A stretch of 63,975 nt of DNA, counting the filler, from Thermoplasmatota archaeon (GTDB lineage Archaea; Thermoplasmatota; E2; JACPAO01; JAHFTW01), in the NCBI GenBank assembly GCA_041623215.1. It is 5 parts of 5 records of this genome, joined end to end, with 100 filler letters (N's around TTAATTAATTAA, not from the genome) between each part and the next. Parts side by side here need not be neighbours in the genome. Positions count along the whole stretch, not along the records: positions 29,669 to 44,015 come from JBFJXH010000039.1; positions 44,116 to 57,984 come from JBFJXH010000040.1; 3 more parts are not named here. One strand, written 5' to 3'. Under the pieces are notes generated by a model. The model saw only the letters and a program-made list of their open reading frames with translations, had not been told where the DNA came from and did not search any database. Both the position numbers and the translations under genes were made by a program. Of the stretch, positions 40,338-49,080 are shown piece by piece. Each line of letters opens with the position of its first letter. Positions within the stretch are counted from its first letter, which is position 1.

Positions 40338-40523
40338 CTAGAGCTTGCGCAAGTAGGGAAATCCAGTTCGCTTGTTGACCGCAACTTCGTACTCGTCAGG
40401 CAGGTCGCAAGGGTCGCCACTCATGGGCTGTCGCTTGCTGAAAAAGTAGATGCGCTGAATGTGGCCGCCCTTGAGCTCCACTTCCCGGACATGGAGAGTG
40501 TAGCCGTCGTGCTGGTACGCCAT
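40338..40523 (-). CDS. Small hypothetical protein (61 aa)
   Basis: YTLH...L.GG..Q.IYFFSK...LP..YEV..N.RTG.PYL pattern recalled from uncharacterised small proteins; protein-like composition. Confidence 0.8.
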   Translation of the reverse strand: MAYQHDGYTLHVREVELKGGHIQRIYFFSKRQPMSGDPCDLPDEYEVAVNKRTGFPYLRKL

Positions 40524-40609
40524 GGTGTTCCATCGAGGAGGGCCATTTGGCTGCTTGCTTCAGGCGTGAACCCACAAATGTGGTGGCCGAGGGCGCACCG
40601 CCATGCCGT

Positions 40610-41647
40610 TCAGTCCCTGATGCCGCGCTCGTCCACGGTCACAACCGCTTCACCCTCGGGCAAATGGGGCGAGTCAATGAGGCGACAAATGCGGCGCCCG
40701 CCCTTCGATTTGCGGAGGTAGATGCGAAACGTACTGGTGTGGCCGACGATGTGGCCGCCAATGGGTGTCGTGGGGTCGCCAAAGAACGCATCCGGCTTCG
40801 CGGCCACCTGGTTTGTAACAACGATGGCCAAGTTGTGCAGCATGGCCAAGCGCTGCAAGTCATGCATGTGTCGGTTCAGTTTCTGTTGCCGGGGTGCCAG
40901 GGAATCACGCCCGATGTATTCGGCGCGAAAGTGCGCCGTCAGGCTATCCACAATAATGAGGCGGATGTCACGTTCGCGGCACAACTTGGCCGCCTTTTCC
41001 ACGAGCAGCATTTGGTGGTTTGAATTGAAGGCCCGTGCGACATGGATGCGGCCCAGGACTTCTTGGACATCCATGTCCCATGCCTCCGCCATTTGGGTAA
41101 TGCGTTCGGGTCGAAACGTGTTCTCCGTGTCGATGTACAATGCTTCCCCCTGCAGTCCTCCTTCGCCCTGGTCTCGTTGCACATTGACGCATAATTGGTG
41201 CCCAAACTGGGTCTTGCACGAGCCAAATTCGCCAAAGAATTCGGTGATGGCCTGCGTCTCAATGCCGCCGCCGAGAAGGTCATCGAACGCGCGGCTCCCC
41301 GTGGCAATCTTATCGACCGTTTCCCGGCGTGCCGCGACATCGATGCCCGTCTCGAAGCTCCCCACGTCCGCCAATTCCCGCGCGCTGGCAATGATGCGGC
41401 TGGCAACACCTTCGCCAAGCGAGCATTGTTCGGCTAGGTCGGCCGGGCTTGCTACGGCAAGAGCCATCAGGTCATCAAAACCGGCATCGCGCAGCCGCTC
41501 AGCCGTTGCCGGCCCGATGCCAGGTAGGTCATCGATGGTCATGCGAATGACGGTCTCGTCTTGCGGTCGCGCCGCGGCGGCAGCTTCTGCATCGCGGCCT
41601 GCGGCCGCTAGTGCGTCTGCGTCGTCACGGCCGGCGGCGGGCATCAT
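40610..41647 (-). CDS. radA: DNA repair and recombination protein RadA
   Basis: N-terminal HhH ([10 protein letters not shown]), [50 protein letters not shown]. Confidence 0.96.
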   Translation of the reverse strand: MMPAAGRDDADALAAAGRDAEAAAAARPQDETVIRMTIDDLPGIGPATAERLRDAGFDDLMALAVASPADLAEQCSLGEGVASRIIASARELADVGSFETGIDVAARRETVDKIATGSRAFDDLLGGGIETQAITEFFGEFGSCKTQFGHQLCVNVQRDQGEGGLQGEALYIDTENTFRPERITQMAEAWDMDVQEVLGRIHVARAFNSNHQMLLVEKAAKLCRERDIRLIIVDSLTAHFRAEYIGRDSLAPRQQKLNRHMHDLQRLAMLHNLAIVVTNQVAAKPDAFFGDPTTPIGGHIVGHTSTFRIYLRKSKGGRRICRLIDSPHLPEGEAVVTVDERGIRD

Positions 41648-44015
41648 GGTCCCTGAGCAGGCGGTCAAGATCGGCCGAGTTCAGCGGCTTGCGCTCCCGC
41701 CCCGGCTTTGGTTTAGGGTCGTCGGGCGCGTCGTCCGTAACGGGCGTCGGGGAGTCATCGTCGGGCGACTTGGCTTGTGGCCATGGAGTTGGTGAGCGCC
41801 CTGTCGTGGGCGACTCGGGGTCTTCTGGTTCGGATGGCGCTGGCGGCCATGCGACCTTCGAGGGCGCAGGTGGTTCTTCTTGGGCCCGTTGCCCCGTCTT
41901 TGGCCAGGCGGGAGAATCGTCCCGCGGTGACGGGGCAGCCTCCTTGACCTTGGGGGCTTCGGCTGACTCTGGCTCGTCGTCGGAGTTGCCTTTTTCGGCG
42001 CCCTTCTTGGAGCCGCGTTTAATCAGGGTCTGCCACGGGCGCCCCTCGTCCTTTGACGGGGTGTCCTTGTCCTTGCGTGCGTCGCTGTCTTTGGCACTGC
42101 TCTTCTTGGCGGCTGCCGCTGCCTGCTTGGCAGCTTGGCGCTCGGCCTTGTTCTTGTCGCGCTCTTCTTGGCGTGCCTGGCGAGCGGCGGCTTTGGCCTC
42201 GGCCTGTTCGCGGGCATTCGCGGCGCGCTTCGCTTTGGCGTCATCGTCGTCTGGCTTGTCGGGTTTGGCCCCCCGCTTGGCGACAAGGCGTGCATGGCGC
42301 GCCATAATGGCCTGGCGCTTGGCCTCGGTTTTCGCGGCGAGGCGCCGTTCGCGCGCTTGCGCCCGGTCTTGAGCGGTGCGTGGCGCCTTGGGGGTGTCCT
42401 TGGATTTCCCGCCCTTGGCTTTCGCTGCGGCTTCTTGCTCGACGTGGCCCTTCGACTCGCGCTTGACCAGGGCCTTCAGCCCTCGCTTCTGCGTGGCAGG
42501 GGCCTGGTCACCCGATTGTACGTCCCCCGGTCCGGGGTCCTTGCTGGCCGGCTTGGTTGCGTCGGGCTTTGCCGACTTGCCTCGGTCCGATTTGCGCTGC
42601 TGTAGGCGTTCCCTGGCTGCCGCGCGAGCCTCGTCCTTGGCGGCCTGCTTGCGGGCCTCCCGCTCCTTCTTCTTGGCGGCCATTTCCTCTTTGCGTCGGC
42701 GGGCCGCTTCTTTGCGGGCGCGGCGCTGCTCGGAACGATTTGTATGAACGCCGAGTTCCGCTTGGGGTGAACTCTCGGCCCGAACCACCTCTTCCGTAAC
42801 GCGGAATCCGCCCTGGGTCTGGTAGGTCTTGCCGGGCTCGTGCCCAAACGCGTGCACGCGGGCGTGGTCCTCAACCCTGTCCCCGGGCAATTCCACGAAG
42901 GCGGATTCACCTGAGGGCAATCGCGGTGACGGAACGGAATGGTCGTCGTCCGCAATGCGGGCAAACGCGCTGCTGCCGTCAACCAGCCGGAGACGCCCGA
43001 GTTTCGGCTTGTCAATCTTGGCGAACCTCGGCTTACCTTCGGCCTCGTCCCAGTCGTCTTGCTCCTTGAAACCAGTGCCCGCCGCGATGCTTTGGTTCCA
43101 TACGCTCTTTGGATTTTCCGTCGGGACGGGAAGGGGGGTTGCCACTGCCTGGTCCCACGGCGAGCCGGATGCCAAGGCAGCCTTGCGCGCTGCTTCTTGT
43201 TGTTGGCGGACGCGTTCTTTCTCGGCGTCCTCGGCCGCCTTCGCTGCGGCCTTCTCCTGTTGTTTTTGCTCCCGCTTGCCTTTGGCTGCGCCCTTCTCCG
43301 CTTGACCGGCACCGCTGGTGTCGGTCGCTGAATCGTCGTCACGCTTCTTGCGTGCGGCCGCCTTGGCCGCCTGTTTTGCCTCCTGGGCGGCCTGTTTTGC
43401 CTCTTGGCGTTCGCGGCGGGCTGCCTCGCGGGCAAGCTGTTTTGCACTGGGCTCCTTGACGGCCTTTTCCTTACCCGCCTTCCCCTCCTTTTTGGGCGTC
43501 TGCTTGCCTGCGCTAGCTTCCTTCTTGGCACCCTGTTCGTCCTTCTTGGCCTGCTTGGCGGCTTGCTTGGCAGCGCGCGCTTCGGCGCGAGCTTTGGCGG
43601 CCTCTTTCTTGCGTTCTTGCGCTAGCTGTCGGGCTGCTAGGCGAGCTTTTTGCTTGTCCGTCAGCGGCTTGTCAGCCGCCGGTGCGGACTTGGAATCTGA
43701 GGCCTTGGACTTGCGCTGCTGTTCGCGTTGGGCTGCTTTTGCCTTGGCCGCTTCTTCCTTGGCTTTGCGTGCTTGTTCACGCTGGGCTGCTTTTGCTTTG
43801 GCGGCTTGTTCGCGTTCAGCCGCCTTTGCTTTGGCTGCGTCTTCCTTGGCTTTGCGTGCTTGTTCGCGTTCGGCTTCTTTGGCCGCTGCGATCGCAGCCG
43901 CTGACGGCACGGCCGCACTGGCGGCGGCCTTGGCGGCCGGCGCTGTCGCTGCCGGTGGCGCTGCCTTGGCTGGAGTTGACGCAGGGGCCTCGAACGATAA
44001 TTTGGCCCTGCAGGC
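41625..44015 (-). CDS. Very long Lys/Ala/Arg/Glu-rich low-complexity protein (5' truncated)
   Basis: Frame open from contig edge ([11 protein letters not shown]...) for ~796 codons; 3' end overlaps the radA start. Confidence 0.8.
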   Translation of the reverse strand, partial: ACRAKLSFEAPASTPAKAAPPAATAPAAKAAASAAVPSAAAIAAAKEAEREQARKAKEDAAKAKAAEREQAAKAKAAQREQARKAKEEAAKAKAAQREQQRKSKASDSKSAPAADKPLTDKQKARLAARQLAQERKKEAAKARAEARAAKQAAKQAKKDEQGAKKEASAGKQTPKKEGKAGKEKAVKEPSAKQLAREAARRERQEAKQAAQEAKQAAKAAARKKRDDDSATDTSGAGQAEKGAAKGKREQKQQEKAAAKAAEDAEKERVRQQQEAARKAALASGSPWDQAVATPLPVPTENPKSVWNQSIAAGTGFKEQDDWDEAEGKPRFAKIDKPKLGRLRLVDGSSAFARIADDDHSVPSPRLPSGESAFVELPGDRVEDHARVHAFGHEPGKTYQTQGGFRVTEEVVRAESSPQAELGVHTNRSEQRRARKEAARRRKEEMAAKKKEREARKQAAKDEARAAARERLQQRKSDRGKSAKPDATKPASKDPGPGDVQSGDQAPATQKRGLKALVKRESKGHVEQEAAAKAKGGKSKDTPKAPRTAQDRAQARERRLAAKTEAKRQAIMARHARLVAKRGAKPDKPDDDDAKAKRAANAREQAEAKAAARQARQEERDKNKAERQAAKQAAAAAKKSSAKDSDARKDKDTPSKDEGRPWQTLIKRGSKKGAEKGNSDDEPESAEAPKVKEAAPSPRDDSPAWPKTGQRAQEEPPAPSKVAWPPAPSEPEDPESPTTGRSPTPWPQAKSPDDDSPTPVTDDAPDDPKPKPGRERKPLNSADLDRLLRDHDARRRP
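43720..43885 (-). repeat. Coding tandem repeats ([16 protein letters not shown] units)
   Basis: cttccttggctttgcgtgcttgttc occurs at ~43754 and ~43841, with partial copies between. Confidence 0.8.
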
Positions 44016-44115
44016 NNNNNNNNNNNNNNNNNNNNNNNNNNNNNNNNNNNNNNNNNNNNTTAATTAATTAANNNNNNNNNNNNNNNNNNNNNNNNNNNNN
44101 NNNNNNNNNNNNNNN
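44016..44115. other. Artificial contig linker
   Basis: N runs flanking TTAATTAATTAA. Confidence 0.99.
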
Positions 44116-44227
44116 ATTGGTAACTCGCCAGGTGTCCAGTATTACGTTCGTCGCCGTGGAAACTGTTCCACTGGGCTCCGACCGTAGGGGCCACCAACAG
44201 GAGAGCAAGGAGTAGGGCCTTGCGCAT
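44116..44227 (-). CDS. Secreted PQQ-like beta-propeller protein (N-terminal fragment)
   Basis: Manual translation MRKALLLALLLVAPTVGAQWNSFHGDERNTG; signal peptide plus W..F.GD..NTG motif; CTTTAAG box upstream. Confidence 0.7.
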
Positions 44228-44316
44228 ATGGCGCCCAAGGTGGCTTCAACTTAAAGGCCGCCGGGTGAGGGCTGGCCGCGTAGCCGACCCGGCATGGACG
44301 CGCCAGCGGCCGTCGG

Positions 44317-44676
44317 CTAGGAAAACGTGGTTTGGTACAGCAACGTATTGGTGAGGCCATCCACGACGGTGAGCGTGCCGGGCCCCAGGCATTGAATCAC
44401 GTGCCCTCCAACCACCGGCTTGCCGCGCTGGTGGGCTGGAATGCCGCAGGGCGCATCGCCGCCCAGTTGCATGGTTTCCCAGTAGAGACCCCGGTCGGCG
44501 TGCAAGATTTCCAGCGTGCGCGTCCGGCTGTCATCCGCAATGCGAAGGCCCGGAACGACTTCCTCCACTTCGGGCTCTTCGTAGCTTACGTCAGTCCACA
44601 CAATGGCGCCGACGACGGCAGTGCTCCAAACGAGAAGGAGTGCTGCACGAACGCGTCCCAGGGGCAGGTCGTCCAT
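44317..44676 (-). CDS. Pilin-globular-domain paralog with plain TM anchor
   Basis: C-terminus TNTLLYQTTFS vs pilin TNTLVYETTFS; no class III signal motif. Confidence 0.7.
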   Translation of the reverse strand: MDDLPLGRVRAALLLVWSTAVVGAIVWTDVSYEEPEVEEVVPGLRIADDSRTRTLEILHADRGLYWETMQLGGDAPCGIPAHQRGKPVVGGHVIQCLGPGTLTVVDGLTNTLLYQTTFS

Positions 44677-44792
44677 AGTGCACGGTCGGCCATCACCACG
44701 TAAGGTCGTCTCGGCGCGGGACCTGTGGGCCCCGGGATGAGCGGCCCTCATCACCTTGAGGCGTTGGGGGTCGGCGGCCGTGGACCGCTGAG

Positions 44793-44830
44793 TTCAAAAG
44801 GGTGGGAAAAGGGGGAAAGGAAAGTTCAGC
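44793..44830 (-). terminator. Putative pyrimidine-rich terminator after the major pilin gene
   Basis: Minus strand CTTTCCTTTCCCCCTTTTCCCACCCTTTT directly after the stop. Confidence 0.5.
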
Positions 44831-44834
44831 CAGA

Positions 44835-45245
44835 TCAGCTGAAGGTGGTCTCGTAGACCAGGGTGTTGGTACCCGTGTGGGTAATGGTCACCTTGACGCC
44901 GGAGCACTGGCCACCAGCGGTACCGGCGTCCGTGTCAAAGTTCAGGGTGTCACCAGCGTCAACGCCATCGGTGGGGTGCGCGGCAGCAGCCGCGGTGGTG
45001 TTGACGATCTTGAAGTCACCCCAGGTGGAGGTGGGGCCGGTGGGGGCCTTCACCACGGTGAGGGTGCAGGCGTCGTTGTCCTTGCTGAAGGACAGGCTGG
45101 GGGCGTCTTCATCAGCGCCACCGAGGTCGTTTACTAGCACGAAGATGACGGCGGCCAACACGACGGTGATGGCGACCATCAGAATCACACCGATCACGGG
45201 GGAGACAGCGTCTTCCTCGGAGCGGAACTTCTGGTTTGCTTTCAT
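44835..45245 (-). CDS. Archaeal type IV pilin (DUF1628/Pilin_N type), probable major pilin
   Basis: Class III signal EEDA|VSPVIGVILMVAITVVLAAVIFVLV; small size, own terminator. Confidence 0.93.
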   Translation of the reverse strand: MKANQKFRSEEDAVSPVIGVILMVAITVVLAAVIFVLVNDLGGADEDAPSLSFSKDNDACTLTVVKAPTGPTSTWGDFKIVNTTAAAAAHPTDGVDAGDTLNFDTDAGTAGGQCSGVKVTITHTGTNTLVYETTFS

Positions 45246-45422
45246 GTTCTAATTTCCTACCCCCACGAGGGGGGCAAAATCGACCAGATACTTCGTGTAT
45301 ATGAACGTTCAGCCAGTTCCACTGCACGCCCTCCCCTCCTGTTGCTCCACAAGAAGCAAAGGGGTTGCAGACTTGCTTGGCGCCACCACAACCCTTTCGC
45401 CTTCCAGCACCTCAGTCGCCCC

Positions 45423-46202
45423 GTGACCAGTGCCGGCGAAGTGGAGCAATACGCCTACTGCGCCCACAATTGGCTACTGGCACGCCAGGGCAAAATGGGA
45501 CGCGGGGACGACCGGGGGCACCACGAAGAACGCGGCCGGGCGCAGCAAGAAGCCGAAGCCCATCGTGCCGCCAGCCGGAGCATCCTCAATTGGATGTTCC
45601 TCAGCCTCGCCATGGCAGCCAGCATTGCCTTTCTCGCCCTCGAACTTCTGTACCTGCGACAAACGCCCCACCACATCAATTTCCTCCTTGCCGCCCTGGT
45701 CGCAGTGAGCGCCAGCAGCGGCATGCTGGTTCTGGCACTCGTCGAAAACCAGCGCAGCCTCCAGAAAGCGAGGGCGTCCGGCTTGCCGCTCGGCAGCGTA
45801 GACAGTGACCTCTTGGGTAGTGGCGCGATTCTCCAGGACGCCGAGCTCAACCTTGCCGGGCGCCCGGACTCCATCCTGGAAACCGACAATGGCCTCGTCC
45901 CAGTGGAAGTGAAGAGCGGCCACACGCCCCCCAAGCCCTACCAAAGCCACCGCCTCCAATTGGCGTGTTACCTTCAGCTGCTGGATGCCAATGGCCACAA
46001 AACCGCCGGCTATGGCTTACTCAACTATCCCGCAGGCACCTTTCGGGTCGATTGGAATGACGAATTGAAGGACAACTTGCAACAAACCTTGCACGCCATC
46101 AACGTTGCTCGAGAAACGGGCAAGGCAGACCGCGACCACAATCACAAACCGCGGTGCCGGGGTTGTAGTCGTCGCCACGCCTGCACGCAGTCCTTGGTCT
46201 AG
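45423..46202 (+). CDS. Solo Cas4-like PD-(D/E)XK Fe-S nuclease with two inserted TM helices
   Basis: YAYC, GRPD, EVK, QLACY, CRGC.....C; two hydrophobic segments between the first Cys and the nuclease core; start uncertain. Confidence 0.88.
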   Translation: MTSAGEVEQYAYCAHNWLLARQGKMGRGDDRGHHEERGRAQQEAEAHRAASRSILNWMFLSLAMAASIAFLALELLYLRQTPHHINFLLAALVAVSASSGMLVLALVENQRSLQKARASGLPLGSVDSDLLGSGAILQDAELNLAGRPDSILETDNGLVPVEVKSGHTPPKPYQSHRLQLACYLQLLDANGHKTAGYGLLNYPAGTFRVDWNDELKDNLQQTLHAINVARETGKADRDHNHKPRCRGCSRRHACTQSLV

Positions 46203-46211
46203 GCGCCCGTC

Positions 46212-48068
46212 TCAGAACATGCCGAGCATGACCCGGAAGAGCAGCCAGGCCGAGAACGCCATGATGGCAACGTGCCGGAAGCCCGCCGTGGCCTTGGCTT
46301 CCATCAGAACGCCGCCCACGATGCCGGTGCCAATCGCCTGCACAAGGGCCGCGTTGAAGTAACTGAAATTCAACTCCTCAGGGTCGATGGCTGAGAGGTC
46401 CAATCCCGGGACATTAGCGTTGGATTCAGCCATGGCCTGCTGGGCCGCGATGATTTCGGGCAAGAACTGGGTCGCCAAGGCGGCCACGACCATCATGAAA
46501 ACGAAGAACACCACGTACAGAACCAGCACGTACACCATCATGCTGCTGCGGCGCTCGGCCTCCAAATTCTTCAGCTCGCGAGCGTCATTGGCAGCCGCCT
46601 TGAGCACGTCGGCCACCGCACCACCCGTCAAACTCGCTTCAATGATGAGGCTCACGGAGCGGTCCACCAGGCGAGACTGAACCCGGCTGGCAAATTCCTT
46701 GAGCGCCTTGGCAAAGGGCACCCCCCAACCAACCTGGTTGGCCATTTTCCGAATCTCAGGGGACAAGGCACCAAAGTCACCGCGGGCCGTGTTCTGGATG
46801 GCGTTGGCCATGGTCAAACCGGCGCGGCGATTCTCAGCCAGGTCATTCAGGAAGTCGGGCAGCCGCTTCTCGATTTCGTCCAAGCGCTGGTGTTTCCGCG
46901 CCAGGTAGAAACCAATGGGCCCTGTGGACGACACCACCGTCAGCATGCTCAGGTCCTTCGCCAAATCCAGCTTGTCGGTCACTCCGAACAGCGTGGTGAT
47001 GCGGTCCGATAGCACCATTGCCAGCAAGGTCGCAAACACGATGCCCACCAGGGCTGACAGCGAATAGACAATAACGTCATTTCGTGCCTCGGCGGACATT
47101 TTCTGCTTAATCATTCCCCGCTTGCTCTCTTTCCAGATGAGCAGGGCCGAGAAGCCGAAGAAGAGCGCCAAGGCCACCGGCACAATGGCGACCAAGACCA
47201 GGGCGTTGAGGGCCGTGGCTTGCCCGAGGCGCGAGAAGACGTCGAGTTGCAGAGCCAGCAGACCAAGAAGCGCTGCAATGAGCAGGGCCAGACTGGCAGC
47301 GTAGACCACCGGCGGCGTGTCTTGCACCTCGCCTTCCGCGCCCTCGCCCGCCAACGACCGGGAGAAGCGATTGACGTAGTCAAACAGCGTGGGGATGCCG
47401 GAGACGAGGAAGCTCTGGGTGCCCACCATCAAGACGCCAAAGAGCAACATCACGAAGATGTCGCCTTCCAGGATCGTGATGGGGCCCAAGTGCAACCGCT
47501 CGTTGAACAACAGACCCAGGCCAAGAAGCGTCACAATGCCCGCTGAAATCCAGAGCGCGAGGCCGTGATACTTGGTGTAAGCGTTCTTGGCAAAGGGGTG
47601 CCCCAGGTTGTGCCGAGCCACGACGGCTGCCACGAGAGCCAGCAGGTAAACGGCCACCACGATGGGCAGGTAACGAACAGCCACTTCCGAATCAACTTCT
47701 GTGACGAGATTCAACCGCGCCAACACGGCGTAAATGATGACCGCGATGCCCAAGTTGTACAGAATCGCCACCATGGCGTTGACGAAGCTACTCCACGCCG
47801 ACGTTGAGAGGACGTCGGCAGCGCGGACAATGGGCTGATGGCGCGCCTCCGTCCCCTGCCGCGTGACCATCACGGCGACGGCCACCATGCAGCCAAACAA
47901 GGCCACGACCGACACGCGTCGAATGGCGCCAGGAACAGTAGCGGCCAAGACCGACAGGACCAGGCCCGCGCCCGCCAGCAGCCAAATGGTCCGCATCCAC
48001 GCCGGCGTGGGCAATGTCATGGATTCCTCTTTCTCGGAACGAGAACGGCGTCGCTTCTTTTTGGCCAT
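46212..48068 (-). CDS. Type II secretion F-family (TadC-like) pilus platform protein with large polytopic N-terminal extension
   Basis: IEKRLPDFLNDLAE...G, DFGALSPEI, GG...DVL T2SSF domain in the C-terminal ~250 aa. Confidence 0.9.
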   Translation of the reverse strand: MAKKKRRRSRSEKEESMTLPTPAWMRTIWLLAGAGLVLSVLAATVPGAIRRVSVVALFGCMVAVAVMVTRQGTEARHQPIVRAADVLSTSAWSSFVNAMVAILYNLGIAVIIYAVLARLNLVTEVDSEVAVRYLPIVVAVYLLALVAAVVARHNLGHPFAKNAYTKYHGLALWISAGIVTLLGLGLLFNERLHLGPITILEGDIFVMLLFGVLMVGTQSFLVSGIPTLFDYVNRFSRSLAGEGAEGEVQDTPPVVYAASLALLIAALLGLLALQLDVFSRLGQATALNALVLVAIVPVALALFFGFSALLIWKESKRGMIKQKMSAEARNDVIVYSLSALVGIVFATLLAMVLSDRITTLFGVTDKLDLAKDLSMLTVVSSTGPIGFYLARKHQRLDEIEKRLPDFLNDLAENRRAGLTMANAIQNTARGDFGALSPEIRKMANQVGWGVPFAKALKEFASRVQSRLVDRSVSLIIEASLTGGAVADVLKAAANDARELKNLEAERRSSMMVYVLVLYVVFFVFMMVVAALATQFLPEIIAAQQAMAESNANVPGLDLSAIDPEELNFSYFNAALVQAIGTGIVGGVLMEAKATAGFRHVAIMAFSAWLLFRVMLGMF

Positions 48069-48069
48069 G

Positions 48070-49080
48070 TTAATCAGCAGTCATGTTCCCCAGGAGCCAC
48101 GTGAACGCCCCGTGGATGATGGGCAAGAACAGCAGGACCAGGATGTTCAGGAAGAACAACGGGTCCCTGCCGGGTGAAAGGAACATCATCACACTGATGA
48201 TGACAATGAGAAACAGCGGTGCCGCAGCAGCGACGACGACGTACGCCTCGGCCATGACGCCCATTGATTCCAGGAACGCCTTCAGGTTGCGCCGGGCATC
48301 CTGGGCGTATTGCTCCGATTTGGCCATCAAATAGCCGGTGAAGTCGCCGCCACTGGTGACGGTGTTGACGGAGCCCTGCAAGAACTCGCCAAATTGCGGG
48401 CTTGGCGAGCGGCGGCCGGCATCTTGCACCGCCGTCACCAAGTCCTTGGAGAAGAATTGGGTGTCGCGAAAAATCCGGGCGGCTTCAACGGCCACTTCGC
48501 CATACACCGGTTGACGCCCCAGCGAACCATACACTTGGTCCGGCAGCACGCCAGCCGAACTGAGGGCCGCCATGAAGTTGAGAGCGTAGGGCAGGTTGGC
48601 TTCCAAGTCCTTCTTGCGACGCCCCGCCTGCATGTCGGGCCGCAGCAACTCAAAGGAGTACATGGCCAAGCCGCCGATGAGCGGCATGAGCCCCAGCAAC
48701 AGCAACACGATGCCATCAAGCGCAATGCCCGAAATCAGGACGAGAATGAAGAACAGCAGTGAAAGGCTGCTCACCAGCGCCACGCGGGCATACACCGTTG
48801 CGAGGTAGGCAATGGGCACCGTTGGGTTGTTGGCCGCCGACAACTTGTGTCCAAGTTGCGGGTGATTGCGGATGCGACTTGCCGCCATGGGCCCAAACAG
48901 ACTGAGCGACGTTTGCATGAACCACTTGCCGGGGTCCCGCTGGCGCACCGAAGGCTCTTCGTCGTCCGCATCCCGCTTGTGCTCCAATTGCTCCAACTTT
49001 TGGTCCACCGAGCGGTCCGTCATGCTACGGTGTCGGCGAGCCGCCATGGCTTTGGCTGCCCGACGACCCGCCGCCGCCAT
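48070..49080 (-). CDS. Type II secretion F-family (TadB/C, ArlJ-like) pilus platform protein
   Basis: LEANLPYALNFMAALSSAG, YGEVA.E, SPSPQFGEFLQG, SGGD, MAEAY. Confidence 0.92.
   Translation of the reverse strand: MAAAGRRAAKAMAARRHRSMTDRSVDQKLEQLEHKRDADDEEPSVRQRDPGKWFMQTSLSLFGPMAASRIRNHPQLGHKLSAANNPTVPIAYLATVYARVALVSSLSLLFFILVLISGIALDGIVLLLLGLMPLIGGLAMYSFELLRPDMQAGRRKKDLEANLPYALNFMAALSSAGVLPDQVYGSLGRQPVYGEVAVEAARIFRDTQFFSKDLVTAVQDAGRRSPSPQFGEFLQGSVNTVTSGGDFTGYLMAKSEQYAQDARRNLKAFLESMGVMAEAYVVVAAAAPLFLIVIISVMMFLSPGRDPLFFLNILVLLFLPIIHGAFTWLLGNMTAD

Noticed and set aside
41625..44015. TolA or histone H1 ortholog
   Set aside because: Resemblance is compositional only; no TolA C-terminal or H1 globular domain recognised
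45423..46202. CRISPR-Cas system suggested by the Cas4-like gene
   Set aside because: No cas1/cas2 or effector genes and no repeat-spacer array seen in the window
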